Shown one piece after another: positions 11,733-22,800 of a stretch of DNA of 64,000 nucleotides. This stretch comes from Geobacter sp. (GTDB lineage Bacteria > Desulfobacterota > Desulfuromonadia > Geobacterales > Pseudopelobacteraceae). Location: NCBI GenBank assembly GCA_025360785.1, contig JANYBN010000099.1:6664-70663 (forward strand), given 5' to 3'. Numbering within the stretch: the first letter of the stretch is position 1; every line of letters starts with the position of its first letter. The notes under the pieces were generated by a model. That model was not told the origin of the DNA, did no database searches, and saw only the letters and a list, made by a program, of their open reading frames with translations. The translations under genes and the position numbers were made by a program.

Positions 11733-13279
11733 TGAGATAATAATTGTTTCCGTACAAATAGCGAACCATTGTTATTACGATCAACAAGTTGCCATTCCGG
11801 ATCCATTTCTACTTTTACTGTAAATTCAGAAAGTTTGTTTGGGGCGTCATATGTCGGCAGTATCACTACACGGATGTCGTATTTATCGAAAACCTTTTTC
11901 CAATTATTATCCATGTTAAAATACTCCCAGGTACGTGCCAGATCGAGAAGTCGCCCATCGATGAAAATTTTTCGTTGTGGCGCGACCCTCCATAAAACAT
12001 ACCCTCCCCAGTTCACGGTTGTAAACACATTGCCCTCGATGCCATGATCAATAAGATAATCACAAACCTTTACCGGGAAATAGGCTGTCGGGATCCAGCC
12101 ATACTGCGAAATCCTTTTGAGGTTTTGTGGAGTCTTGGAAAGTGACAACATAACAACGGTTATTAAAAAGACAATGATTACACTCATGGATACTTTTCTT
12201 ATAACCGTGGTGTCGAAGTGCCTGATAGAAAACAAGATGGCAGCTATGAGGAAAAATGTGTAGTACCTGATATGCTCCAGCCCCATATACCCCAATAAAA
12301 GCAGTAAGCCTATCCAGGTTATGTTGGTACGACCCCGTGAGTTGAAAAAAATTATCAGGGTGAACAAGTAGGTACAGACGGCGATTATCGGTCCAGTCCC
12401 ACCCACTTCCTTGTAGTATTCATACAGATTCGAGGTCTCCAGCATTGGTGTATGTATGATGCTGCTGGCTTCTGCATAGGAGCGTATCATTTCAAAGCTA
12501 TAGATGTGGTTCGGGTTCAGGATCGAGATGAGCATGGCAGAACAGATTGAAACAGCCAGGTTCAAATATTCTCTGCCCGAAACGGGTTCCAGTTTGGGGT
12601 GTATAAACTTGAACGCTTCAGCCAACAGGATACAGAGAAGCAGAATATCTCCCAGGATGAATCCGCCATGCGTGTTGGCCCAAAGAAGCATAGTCAGGCA
12701 GAGTGGTACCAACAGGGATAAGAGTCCCCTCCTTCTCTCCGCCAGATGAGTAAATATGAGGGACAGAAGCAAGGCGCAGCAAATAAACGATATAAATTGC
12801 GGACGTTCCGGGAAATTTGCTTCCAGTAGTTGAGTTATCCCGATTCCTGCAACAAGCGCCGTAAAGAGTTTCTTCTCGACTGAAAACCGGTAAAAAACAG
12901 CTATAATGATGGTTGCCAAAATGAATCTAAAAACAAGTATGCCGCCAAACCCGGCTATTTTATAGAAAGCACACAACATTAGCTGAAAAAGCCAATAAGA
13001 AGTGAGCATGAACCGGGCTCGGTGAGGGTCTTCAGGTTGGGGTGGGATTGAAAACGGGTCGATCATGGGAAGCGCTCTATGATCCCAGATCCAGCAGCCG
13101 GTTTTCAGGTGCCAGTAGAAGTCCGGATCGAACAATGGCTTGACCATGTGGATAGCCCAGACCAGAAATAGTAAAACGAAAAACATGGTCAACAAGCTCG
13201 ACCGGTATGACCGCTGGTGCGAGATGTGCGGTAATTCCGGGATGCCGGCTTTCATTGATAGTTTCCTACGTTTAACCAT
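11711..13279 (-). CDS. polytopic membrane protein with C-terminal soluble domain; possible GT-C-fold glycosyltransferase
   Basis: 522 aa with many hydrophobic segments. N-terminal loop FDPDFYWHLKTG with acidic residues; C-terminal roughly 120 aa is non-membrane. I do not recognise a family with certainty. Confidence 0.45.
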   Translation of the reverse strand: MVKRRKLSMKAGIPELPHISHQRSYRSSLLTMFFVLLFLVWAIHMVKPLFDPDFYWHLKTGCWIWDHRALPMIDPFSIPPQPEDPHRARFMLTSYWLFQLMLCAFYKIAGFGGILVFRFILATIIIAVFYRFSVEKKLFTALVAGIGITQLLEANFPERPQFISFICCALLLSLIFTHLAERRRGLLSLLVPLCLTMLLWANTHGGFILGDILLLCILLAEAFKFIHPKLEPVSGREYLNLAVSICSAMLISILNPNHIYSFEMIRSYAEASSIIHTPMLETSNLYEYYKEVGGTGPIIAVCTYLFTLIIFFNSRGRTNITWIGLLLLLGYMGLEHIRYYTFFLIAAILFSIRHFDTTVIRKVSMSVIIVFLITVVMLSLSKTPQNLKRISQYGWIPTAYFPVKVCDYLIDHGIEGNVFTTVNWGGYVLWRVAPQRKIFIDGRLLDLARTWEYFNMDNNWKKVFDKYDIRVVILPTYDAPNKLSEFTVKVEMDPEWQLVDRNNNGSLFVRKQLLSQDILGVP

Positions 13280-13505
13280 ATCTCCACCAGCAGCGGCCGA
13301 TCTTCCCGCGAAAAATGAGAATTTGCATTTTAAACTGGCTGGAAATTATATCAGAAGCAAGATGGTGTCAACGCAATTTGGGAGATTATGACGAGATTTA
13401 AAGGGATCTTTCCGATAACCAGAGTAAGCATTCCCCATCAGAGGTGGGGGCTTTTAAAATTACTGGTATACTAAATTTCAGTTAAATCTCGATGAGAGGT
13501 GAGAC

Positions 13506-14392
13506 ATGAAATTCAATCGATACAGCGGAACATTCAAAATCACTGCCAGTCTTTTAGGTTTGATGGCGACCGTGACTGTAGTCTTGATGTTTGCCGGAAT
13601 GGCATGCGGCGGCAACGCCGTACTTGATTTGAATGCCCGGCACATAATCGGATTCGAGCGGATGATCGAGGAATTAAAGGGGTCGCGACTCGTATTTGTG
13701 GGTGAAACCCATGAAAGCATCGAACATCATGCGGCGCAACTGGAAATCATCAAGGCGTTCAGGAAAACGGGCAGACCATTCGCCATCGGCCTTGAGATGT
13801 TTACCGCCGAAAAACAGGGAGAGCTGGACAGATGGGTCTCCGGAAAACTTGATCTAGACAGTTTCATCAGGCTCTACTCCCGCGATTGGCAGATGGCGTG
13901 GCCGCTCTATAAGGACATATTTCTCTATGCCCGTGAATACCGCATTCCTCTGATCGGGCTCAATATACCACGGGAAATCACTCACAAAGTTGCGCAAAAC
14001 GGATTTGCCTCGCTGACTGCAGAGGAGCGGAGACAGCTTCCTTCGGGGATTACCTGTGTGGTAGATGCCCGGTACAGAGCCTTTATCGAGAGGGTATAAT
14101 AAAGGGGCATGCCGGAAAGGACAAGACATTTAACCACTTCTGTGAAGCTCAAATGGTCTGGAACAAAAGTCTGGGAAAAAACCTTCAGAGGTTTCTTGTC
14201 CGGCATCCCGATCTGCCGGTGGTTGTCCTGACCGGTAGCGGACATGCCATGAAACATGCGATACCCGAAGAGGCGTACCCGGATTCCGGGATCAGCTACA
14301 AGGTAGTCCTGCCCGAAGTTTCCGAATATAACCGCTATGTAGCCGACAAGGAAGATGCCGATTATCTGATTCTGTCCGACGATGCCTTCTAA
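13506..14392 (+). pseudogene. ChaN-family (DUF399, haem-binding uptake/Tiki-like) protein, reading frame broken near 14090-14100
   Basis: ORF1 13506..14099 has a signal peptide and VFVGETHE..H motif. The frame containing ORF2 (14153..14392) stays open upstream and reads ...EGIIKGHAGKDKTFNHFCEAQMVWNK. That is the expected continuation, so the two halves are one gene separated by a -1 frame change. Confidence 0.65.
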
Positions 14393-14393
14393 A

Positions 14394-16256
14394 CTAGTGC
14401 TGTTGTTTCCGGATCAGGTTCGAGACATCCCTTTCCAGCGGCGGGTTCAACGTTCTCAGCGTTTCGAGTATCCCGGCGACAGTGAATGAGTCGTCCCGGC
14501 GCACCGCCACCAGGGCCAGATTATACCAGGCAAAGTCAAGGTACGGGTTGAGGGTTACAGCCTTTTGGTAGTTTTCCTGCGCCAGAAACATATTACCCAG
14601 ATGTTCATAAGCTAGTCCCAGATTGTTGTAACTGATGGCACTCCATTCATTTTTGTATGCCGGTTTAACCTTGTCAACTGTGGCTTGATATTCCATGCCG
14701 GCCGAACACCGCCCATTGTACCTGCTCAGCAGTGAGATCGCAGAGTTCAGAATGATCCGGTATTTATCCTTGCCGGGCTCAATTTCCACAGCTCTCACAA
14801 GATACGGCAGCGCCTTTTCCGGCATAAATTTCTTCACATAGAGGAAGCCTACAGTGTGTCTGGGGCGCGCCTTGTTTGGTGATTTGTCCAACACATCCTG
14901 CCACAGGACCATCGAATCAGACCATATACGGTTGCGGGCGATCGTGCTTGCCGTGAGGCCAACAGAGAGCAGTACCGTCGCACTCCATAAGGCATTGCGA
15001 TAGCGCCGGCGGTGCGCCGCAAAACCGGCCATGGCCGCTGCGGCTGCCATAAAAAACCCTACAGAGGGAAGATAAACCCGGTGCTCAAAGATTACATCTC
15101 TGATCGGGATCAGACTCGATTCCACACTCAAGGCAAGGTAAAACCAGACGATGCCGAGACATGCGAGCCGCATAGCTATGCCTGCCGGCAGGTTGCCGGT
15201 AGTCAAGCACCGTTGCGAACGGATAAAAAGAGCAATGGCTGATCCAATCAGAGCGATATGCAGCAGCAGAGCAGCAAAAACTGCCGGATCAATCAGTGAA
15301 TGATACACAGGATAGTCGTAGTCCAAATTCTGGTTGACCGGAAGAATCAGCAGACGCAGATAGGTCGCAACGACCCTGAACTGGGTCAGCAGGTAGTCCA
15401 CCCTGGAAATGGTTTGGGTTTCAGCGGTTGCCAGCTGCATCTGGTCAAGCATGTTCTCGGCACTCACCGAGCCCTGTATATACATCAGCTGAAGCGGGAT
15501 TATCAGCAACAGTCCTGCGGCAAGGGCTAAAAAGAGGCGGTTTTTCAGCAACCGCCCCCTGAAAAGCAGTACCTCAAGAGCAACTATCATAAGCGGCAGC
15601 GTAAATGCGATCTCTTTACTTTTCATCGCCAATAGTGCCAAAAAGAAGCAAGCCGGACCCCACGACCAGATACGGAGCTTTTTTGTTTTATCGGCAAACG
15701 AGATACGAGCCAGCAGGTACGACAGCAGTGAGCTTAGATAAAGGAGCGTTGCCAGTGAGGTGTAACGTTGGGAAATATAGGTAACTGCCTGGGTCTGAAC
15801 GGGATGACAGACAAAGAGCGCAGCAGTGGTAAAAGGGATAAAGCATTGCAGAAATGGATAGCAATCAGCAGCGAGTGAAATTCTAAAATTCAGTTTCAGG
15901 GCTTCGATAGCCCGATGCACGAGCAGGTAGATGAAAACTGCCGATGAGAGGTGGATAGCCAGATTAATCAGGTGGAAGCCTTGAACCTGCTCACCGTGCA
16001 GGAGGCGGTTCAGGGCGAACGACATGTCGGTAAGCCACCTGTTTTTGCGTATAAAGCCTTCAAAGCTGTAAAGATCTATACTGAAGTCGGTAGAGATACG
16101 AACCGCCGTCTCATCATCGAACTGCATCGGTACGGAGAAAGAGTTGGCGTAGGAGGCAATGCCCAGAAGCAGGATTATTAAAATCCGGACCGAATGAAAT
16201 GATGTAATGTATAAGGCTTCCAAGCGGTCGGATACTTTTATTATCAATGACTTCAT
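14394..16256 (-). CDS. TPR-tailed membrane protein, TMTC/DUF1736-like GT-C glycosyltransferase candidate (paralogue 1)
   Basis: 620 aa. First loop has VPMQFDDE, then the CHPVQTQAVTYISQR motif, about 10 TM segments and a C-terminal TPR region (YNNLGLAYEHLGN...AWYNLALV). Confidence 0.65.
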   Translation of the reverse strand: MKSLIIKVSDRLEALYITSFHSVRILIILLLGIASYANSFSVPMQFDDETAVRISTDFSIDLYSFEGFIRKNRWLTDMSFALNRLLHGEQVQGFHLINLAIHLSSAVFIYLLVHRAIEALKLNFRISLAADCYPFLQCFIPFTTAALFVCHPVQTQAVTYISQRYTSLATLLYLSSLLSYLLARISFADKTKKLRIWSWGPACFFLALLAMKSKEIAFTLPLMIVALEVLLFRGRLLKNRLFLALAAGLLLIIPLQLMYIQGSVSAENMLDQMQLATAETQTISRVDYLLTQFRVVATYLRLLILPVNQNLDYDYPVYHSLIDPAVFAALLLHIALIGSAIALFIRSQRCLTTGNLPAGIAMRLACLGIVWFYLALSVESSLIPIRDVIFEHRVYLPSVGFFMAAAAAMAGFAAHRRRYRNALWSATVLLSVGLTASTIARNRIWSDSMVLWQDVLDKSPNKARPRHTVGFLYVKKFMPEKALPYLVRAVEIEPGKDKYRIILNSAISLLSRYNGRCSAGMEYQATVDKVKPAYKNEWSAISYNNLGLAYEHLGNMFLAQENYQKAVTLNPYLDFAWYNLALVAVRRDDSFTVAGILETLRTLNPPLERDVSNLIRKQQH

Positions 16257-16263
16257 AGCGGCG

Positions 16264-18141
16264 CTAGTGCGGCTGTTCCCGGATTATTTTTGCGGCATGC
16301 TGTTCCAGAGCAGGATTGATTGTTCTCAGACTGTTCAGTGACGATTCAACAGCGGCTGCATCGTTCTTGCGCGCCGATACCAAGGCCAGATTGAACCAGG
16401 CCAGGTCAAAGAACGGATTGGCCTTTACTGACTTCAGATAATTTTCCCGCGCCAGATACAGATTACCAAGATGTTCATATGCAAGCCCCAGGCTATTGTA
16501 ATTGTTTGCCACCCAGCGGTGCTTGTTTTCCGGTTTAACTATATTAACTTTATCAACTAAATCAAAATATTCAAAGCCGGATGAACATCGCCCCTCGTAG
16601 CAGACGAAGAGCGACATTGCAGAGTTAAAGGTATCCCAATAATCCTTCATGCTGGTATCAAGTTCCAGTGCCCTCACAAAATGCGGCAGCGCCTGCTCCA
16701 GCTTATATTTTTTGAAATATTGAAAGCCTATATTAAATCTGACCCTTCCCTTGTTCGGTGATTTTTTCAACACATCCTGCCACATAACAAATTCACTTGC
16801 CCATATCCGGTTGCGCGCAATCGTAGTTGCGGTAAATACGATACAGAGCAGCACTATCGCTGCCCATGAGATATTGCGATATCGCCACCGATACGCCGCA
16901 AAGCCGAACAAACCGGCGGCAGCCATAAAAAAACCTACCGAGGGAAGATATATCCGGTGTTCGAAGATCACATCTCTAATCGGCATCAAGCTCGACTCCA
17001 CGCTCATGGAAAGGTAAAACCAGAAAATGCCAAGACTCACCAGCCGCATGTAGATGCCTGCCGAAGGAGTGCCGGAAGTCAAGTGCCGCCTTGAACGGAT
17101 GAAGAGGGCCAGGGCCAATCCCGCCAGGGTAATGTGCAGCAGCAGGGCGGCAAAAACAGCCGGATTAAACAGCGAGTGATATACAGGATAGTCGTAGTCC
17201 ATATTCTGGTTGATAGGAAGTATCAACAGGCGCAGATAAGTCGCCACAACTCTGAACTGGGTCAGCAGGTAGTCGATCCTGGATATGCTTGGTGTTTCAG
17301 ATGTTGCAATATACAGGTGGTGAAGCAGATTCCCGGAACGCCTCATAACCAGCGGATAAATCGTCTGCAATGGTATTACCAGGAGCAGCCCGGCAGCAAG
17401 GAATAAAAAGAGGCGGTTCTTCAGTAGATGTCCCCGAAAAAGTGCTATTTCAAACGCAACTATCATAAGCGGCAGCGTGATGGCAATTTCTTTGCTTTTC
17501 ATCGCCAACAGCGCCAGGAATATACAGGCAAAACTCCATGACCACACATGAAGCTTTTTTGTTTCATCTGCGAATGAGAGACGTGCCAGAAGGTATGAAA
17601 GCATTGAGCCTAGATAAAGAAACGTAGCCAGTGAAGTGTGTCGTTGAGTTATATAGGTAACGGCCTGAGTCTGAACAGGATGGCAGACAAAAAGCGCAGC
17701 CGTGGCAAATGGAATGAAGCGCGGCAGAAATGCATCACATTCGGAAACTCGAAAGGTTCGCTTCAGGGCTTCGATGATTCGCTGAAGCATCAGATATAAG
17801 ACAACTGCCGATGATATATGAATTGCCAGATTTACCAAGTGGAAGCCGAATACGCGCTCTCCATGCAGCAGGTGGTTCAGTGAAAATGTTACATCCGTAA
17901 ACCATCTGGCCCGGCGGAATAAATATTCAAAGCTGTACAGATCACTTCCCACTTGGTTATAGGTACGCAAAACGGCCTGATCATCAAGCTGCTCGGGTAC
18001 TGCAAAAGAGTTGGCGTAGGAAACAAAGCCCAGAAGCAGTATTACTCCGATATGGATGTATGGAATATATTTACTCCACAACGTACTCAAGCTACTCATC
18101 GGTTTCATTTGATCCGGCTCTGCTGCCAACAGGGATGTCAT
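16264..18141 (-). CDS. TPR-tailed membrane protein, TMTC/DUF1736-like (paralogue 2; close duplicate of paralogue 1)
   Basis: 625 aa. It shares long identical blocks with 14394..16256 (FVCHPVQTQAVTYI, LALLAMKSKEIA, LLTQFRVVATYLRLLILP, PIRDVIFEHR.YLPSVGFFMAAA). Confidence 0.65.
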   Translation of the reverse strand: MTSLLAAEPDQMKPMSSLSTLWSKYIPYIHIGVILLLGFVSYANSFAVPEQLDDQAVLRTYNQVGSDLYSFEYLFRRARWFTDVTFSLNHLLHGERVFGFHLVNLAIHISSAVVLYLMLQRIIEALKRTFRVSECDAFLPRFIPFATAALFVCHPVQTQAVTYITQRHTSLATFLYLGSMLSYLLARLSFADETKKLHVWSWSFACIFLALLAMKSKEIAITLPLMIVAFEIALFRGHLLKNRLFLFLAAGLLLVIPLQTIYPLVMRRSGNLLHHLYIATSETPSISRIDYLLTQFRVVATYLRLLILPINQNMDYDYPVYHSLFNPAVFAALLLHITLAGLALALFIRSRRHLTSGTPSAGIYMRLVSLGIFWFYLSMSVESSLMPIRDVIFEHRIYLPSVGFFMAAAGLFGFAAYRWRYRNISWAAIVLLCIVFTATTIARNRIWASEFVMWQDVLKKSPNKGRVRFNIGFQYFKKYKLEQALPHFVRALELDTSMKDYWDTFNSAMSLFVCYEGRCSSGFEYFDLVDKVNIVKPENKHRWVANNYNSLGLAYEHLGNLYLARENYLKSVKANPFFDLAWFNLALVSARKNDAAAVESSLNSLRTINPALEQHAAKIIREQPH

Positions 18142-19763
18142 TGTTTATTCACCTCATGTTCAGTTAACTGCATCAACCCGGTGGAGGCCTTGTCGCGATA
18201 CCCGCCTTCGTCAAGACCTGGTGAAGCAAGCAGCAGGCGATATGTGTCGGCTGCCTCTCTGAACCGTCCGATTCGTTCATAGGATTGTGCGAGAAGGTAG
18301 TATCCTTCCACGAAGAACGGATTCCGATTGACGCTGCGCGAAAAGGCGCTGATCGCGAAAGGAATATTATCGTTCATCACAAACCGGATCCCCATGAGAA
18401 AGTCATATTGAATACTGCCCGAATTAATCGCCAGAGCGTGTCTGGCCATCTCGATGGCTCCTCCTGTGTCTCCGCCTGAGTACAAGGCCCGCGACAGATT
18501 TTCATACGATCTGGACGACGTGGGCGACACCTTGACGGCATGTTCCCAGAGTTCCGTTTCCGAACGCCAGATCTTGTTCTGGGCCATTTCCAGAAAAAAC
18601 AAGCCACAGACGACCACTATGCACATCGTCAGATACACCACTGTTTTTCGGCGCTGCGTGATGACTGACGGAATGGAAGCTGCAAACAGGCATAAGGCAA
18701 ACGAAGGGATGAATGCATAGCGATCAGCCACAACCGGGTGGGTAGGGAACAGATTCAGCACAGGTAACAGTGTCAGCAGAAACCAGCCATAACAGAAGAG
18801 TAACGGCGGAAACGTGCATCGCCATCTGTAGGCCGCAACCGCCGTAAGAATCAGGATGATACAGCAAACTTTTGCGCGAAGCGAAAATATAGATTCGGAA
18901 AAGGATATATTGTATTCCGGAGCCAACGCCAGCGGATAGAGCAGCTTTTCGACATAGAAGAACGGTATCTGTAACGCAATGGCAATTTTACCGGAGAATG
19001 ACGGGTCGCCTGCCTGATGAATCATAACCTGGGCTGAACGGGCAATTGTCGTAAAGAGAACCGCAAACAACGCGGAAATCAGCATGAAAGGTGCGAGTTC
19101 CAGGATACTGCCAAACCTGGACTTGCCGTGCCGGGCAGAAATGGTCACACACAGCAGCAGCACTAGCGGCAAAATGATGCCGTATCCTTTAGACAACAGC
19201 GAGAATACGAAGGTCAAGAGCGAGGCCGTATACCACCATCCGTATGACTGCCCGCCTCTGGCGTGCCGGAGATAGCACCAGAGCGACAGGAAGAAAAAGA
19301 GACCGGCCAGAAGGGTATTTCGCTGGGTGACGAAGGCGACTGCTTCGCTGTGGATGGGATGGGCCACAAACAGGAGAGAGGCCAGGAGGGCTGCGGTAAT
19401 ATCGGAGGGTTCCGGACGCGTTTTATCCCGATCGGCTGATAGAAATGTTGCCATCTCAAGAGAGACCAGAAAAACAGTAATTGCGATGAGGGTGTAGAGG
19501 ATGAGGTTGGTGAGATGAAATCCATACGGGTTCATCATGCCCCAAAGTTTCATATCGATGGCATAGGTGATATCCCTGACCGGCAAATACTCCATACCGT
19601 TAGCCGGCGAGAAAAAAAATGTTCTCAGGTCAAAATGACGATAGACCGGCTTCAGCACCAGCAGCGCAATATCGTCCCACACGAACGCCCCGTTCAAGCC
19701 GGTGAAACCGGCCCCGAAGGCAGCAACAGCAACGATGATTATTGCCGACACAAAACGAAACAC
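18138..19763 (-). CDS. TPR-tailed membrane protein, TMTC/DUF1736-like (paralogue 3, more divergent)
   Basis: 541 aa. FVWDDIALLV loop, AHPIHSEAVAFVTQR motif, C-terminal TPR-like repeats. GTG start preceded by AAGGAG; the stop overlaps the start of paralogue 2. Confidence 0.6.
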   Translation of the reverse strand: MFRFVSAIIIVAVAAFGAGFTGLNGAFVWDDIALLVLKPVYRHFDLRTFFFSPANGMEYLPVRDITYAIDMKLWGMMNPYGFHLTNLILYTLIAITVFLVSLEMATFLSADRDKTRPEPSDITAALLASLLFVAHPIHSEAVAFVTQRNTLLAGLFFFLSLWCYLRHARGGQSYGWWYTASLLTFVFSLLSKGYGIILPLVLLLCVTISARHGKSRFGSILELAPFMLISALFAVLFTTIARSAQVMIHQAGDPSFSGKIAIALQIPFFYVEKLLYPLALAPEYNISFSESIFSLRAKVCCIILILTAVAAYRWRCTFPPLLFCYGWFLLTLLPVLNLFPTHPVVADRYAFIPSFALCLFAASIPSVITQRRKTVVYLTMCIVVVCGLFFLEMAQNKIWRSETELWEHAVKVSPTSSRSYENLSRALYSGGDTGGAIEMARHALAINSGSIQYDFLMGIRFVMNDNIPFAISAFSRSVNRNPFFVEGYYLLAQSYERIGRFREAADTYRLLLASPGLDEGGYRDKASTGLMQLTEHEVNKQ

Positions 19764-19788
19764 TTGGGCGGGACTCCTTTAGCTATGT

Positions 19789-19823
19789 AACCTCCTGGAA
19801 GCCCGACGAGTTTCCAGGAGGTT
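19789..19823. repeat. 12-bp perfect inverted repeat (hairpin) between the activase gene and TMTC-like paralogue 3
   Basis: AACCTCCTGGAA-11 nt-TTCCAGGAGGTT. No U-tract on either strand. Confidence 0.6.
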
Positions 19824-19856
19824 ATATGTCTTCATCCGCTTCTTTTCAAGATTCAC

Positions 19857-22800
19857 TCAATTATTAGAATGAGCAGCCTTATCCATCTCCGACTTCAGCC
19901 GCTGCGCCGAAAGAACCAGGCTCTCCAGACGGGCCTCGACCACCTGAGGGAACGCGTTGCCGTCTGTTTCAATCGCAAGAAACGGCAGCGGGAGTTCATT
20001 TTTGTGTTCTGCCCAGAACGCGCCGCTGTGGCGGGAGAAATTCTCCTTTTCATCTATCAGACGGTGGTTGAGCACCGATTCGGCAATCCGGCAGGGCATG
20101 CAGCCGAAGGGGCCGATACTGATGACGCCGTGGGTATCGTCCCCCACCTCGGTCAACACGGAGCTGACCGTCAGGATCGTCTCGCCGCTTAATTCCGGGC
20201 TGATCAGGGCGGCTCCGCGATCCATCAGATCCTTCACATCAACGTCACAAGGGTGGTAAAATCCGCTTGAGAGCAGGCGTTTTTTGATATCGGTCTCGTC
20301 CTTGCGCATGAAGAAACTTTTCAGGCGAATGCCGAGCCGTGCGCCAAAAGAGGAGTCATGGGCGATCCCTTTCAGCACGGTATAATCGGTATAGTACATC
20401 CATTCCGTGAGCGGCGCGGTTCGTGCCAGCACTCCTCTGTCCGCCAGCTGTTCGACTAGATACTGCCGTGAAAAGCCGTCGCGACGGACATAGATTTCAC
20501 CGGTCAAATTCACCATAACTGAATCGCCGACCGGATACTTTTTGTCGCAGCGACCAAGAGAGTTCATCACCTCATCCAGCACCTTCAAGGTATCCGAAAA
20601 TTTATCCGTGGCTATGCTCTCGATGATGCGCGCCTTGCCCTTCTCGTAAATAGCCAGAGCTTCGTCGCGGTTGGTGGCGACTGTCAGCACCCCGGCGTAA
20701 ACTTCGTCAAGCCCGTCACTGATATTGAAGGCCCGCCACACCCGCCTGGTAAATGCCGCTGACATGCCGCCATAGCCGTTCTCGCAGGAGAGCGACAGCA
20801 GCGCGATGTTATCAAGCCGGTTCTTTTTGATATGGTTGGACATGAAAATATTGTACTGCCCGAAACGGCAGGGACCTTCGGCGCCGGGCATGAAATAGAC
20901 GACAACTTCGTCATGACGCTTGCGCTCTTCCAGATAACGAAGCAGCGAACCGGAGGTCAGCAGCAGCGGCAGGCACTCTTTGCAGGTGGCCTCACCCTTG
21001 CCGAGCATCAGCTCCTGCTGGCCGGGAGGGGGAAGCGCCTCGGATCTGATTCCGGCATGGCGGAATGCCGCCGCGAGCCCCTTGGCGGCGGTGTCCCCCA
21101 TGGAAGGGATCAGTACCGTTACTTTCGGGTCGGTCAGTGGATATTCCTTGCCACCGCCGGTTCTGACGAACATGCCGCTCTTTTTAGAGAACAGCTCGGC
21201 AGGTACAAACGGCTCCTCTTCCGGAGGGGTAAGGTTCAACTCCCGATAACCCCGGACGACATCAAGAAAAGCCTCGATGCGTGTATCAACCCCGGCGTCA
21301 GCCGTATGGGCGTCAAGTTCCAGCGTCAGGGAAGGTTTCTGTCCCATGGTGTTGCGGAAATAACCGGTAATAAACGAATCAGGCCCGCAGCTGAAGTTGG
21401 TGATATAGACCCCGTAAAGGTTCGGCTTGTCGAGAATATAGTCGGCGCCATTAAGAATTCCCTGTCCCGATGTCCAGTACATCCACTCGACATTTTCGCC
21501 CGAATAGTCATGAAGCGGCAGGAAGTCGTGCGGGATGATCTTGGTGCCGCGCGTGGCAAACTTGTGCGGAATCCCCATGTTACCGTGGCGATTGAAGGCG
21601 TTGTACGAGCGACCGAACAGTACCAGCGCCGTCTCGTCCTCTTTCAGATCGGCAATGAAACGTGCGCCGATTTCTCTCATTTCGGTACGCATGGCCAGCA
21701 GCACCTTCCAGGCGTCATCAAAGGCGCGTCCGGACTTGCGAGCAGATATGCCGAGAGTTTTGCCGATACCGGCAAAGGTTTTGCGCATTTTTTTGTAATC
21801 ATCAAAGGGTAGCACCGCTGTGATCAGCTTCGGCGCCAGCTGCTCGTGGAAAGCGGCCTTCAGGTAATATGGTTCCGCCTGGATGAAGGGACAGGTGCAA
21901 CTGGTCTCATCACCCCCCTCAACAGCCGAGCTGAGAACGTGAGGAATGAACAGATAGTCCAGCTCCTTTTGCAGTAGGCCGCTGGTCAGGGCGTGACTGA
22001 GCACGACCGGATAACAGAAGGCGGCGCCGGTCGCCTCCATGCCGCGTGGATCGAGGGTGTCTCCAAGAATTACCTCGGCCCCCAGGTTGGTGAAGAAGTG
22101 GGCATAGAGCGGATAAAAAGTATTGGAAAACAGCGAGGCCGGAATGCCGACCTTCACCCCGCCAGGTTTGGCTGGTGCAGGGGCGTATCGGCGGAAAACC
22201 AGCTCTTCGTGCATCCTGACCAGATCCAGTTCATTCGTATCATAATCGTGCTTACTGCCGATGATATTATAATATTTATTGCATGCTCCGCCAAACGGGT
22301 AGGTTTTACCCTTCACCATTATCCGGGCCACCGAGCATTTCCGGTCGCACTTTTCGGCGCCGCCTGCACAGATGAACGGCTCTTTGTATTCGACTTCGCG
22401 CCCCGCCAACTCGGCCAGGTCAAAGCCGTGCCGTTCAAGCAGTCCCTTCTCGATCTTCCGGTACACTTCCAAAGCAGCACCAAAAGCTCCCATCAGGCCC
22501 GGTTCCGGCGGCACGATGATTTCCTGGCCGCAGAGCTGCGCCATAGCGGCGGGAACGGCGCTGTTGTAGCAGACGCCCCCCTGCATGAAGATCTTTTTCC
22601 CTACCGGACGGTTACCTTTGACCCGGTTCAGGTAATTCTGGCAGATCGAATAGACCAGCCCGGCAACGATATCCTCCCTTGCAACCCCTTCCTGAACTGC
22701 GGTCTTGATGTCACTGCTGATGAAAGCCGCGCACTGGTCGTTAAAATTTGGCGGTGAGGTGGACTCATAAGCGATGCCGGCGATCTCTTTGGTTTCAATG

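Noticed and set aside
14085-14100. Considered programmed -1 ribosomal frameshifting for the ChaN-family gene.
   Set aside because: There is no X-XXY-YYZ slippery heptamer at the junction and no obvious downstream stimulatory hairpin or pseudoknot. A simple indel or sequencing error is more parsimonious.
20832-21812. 326-aa plus-strand ORF, and several others, antisense to the 1416-aa activase gene.
   Set aside because: It is embedded in a long gene with strong domain logic on the minus strand. The Arg/Gly-rich composition is typical of antisense frames in GC-rich coding DNA.
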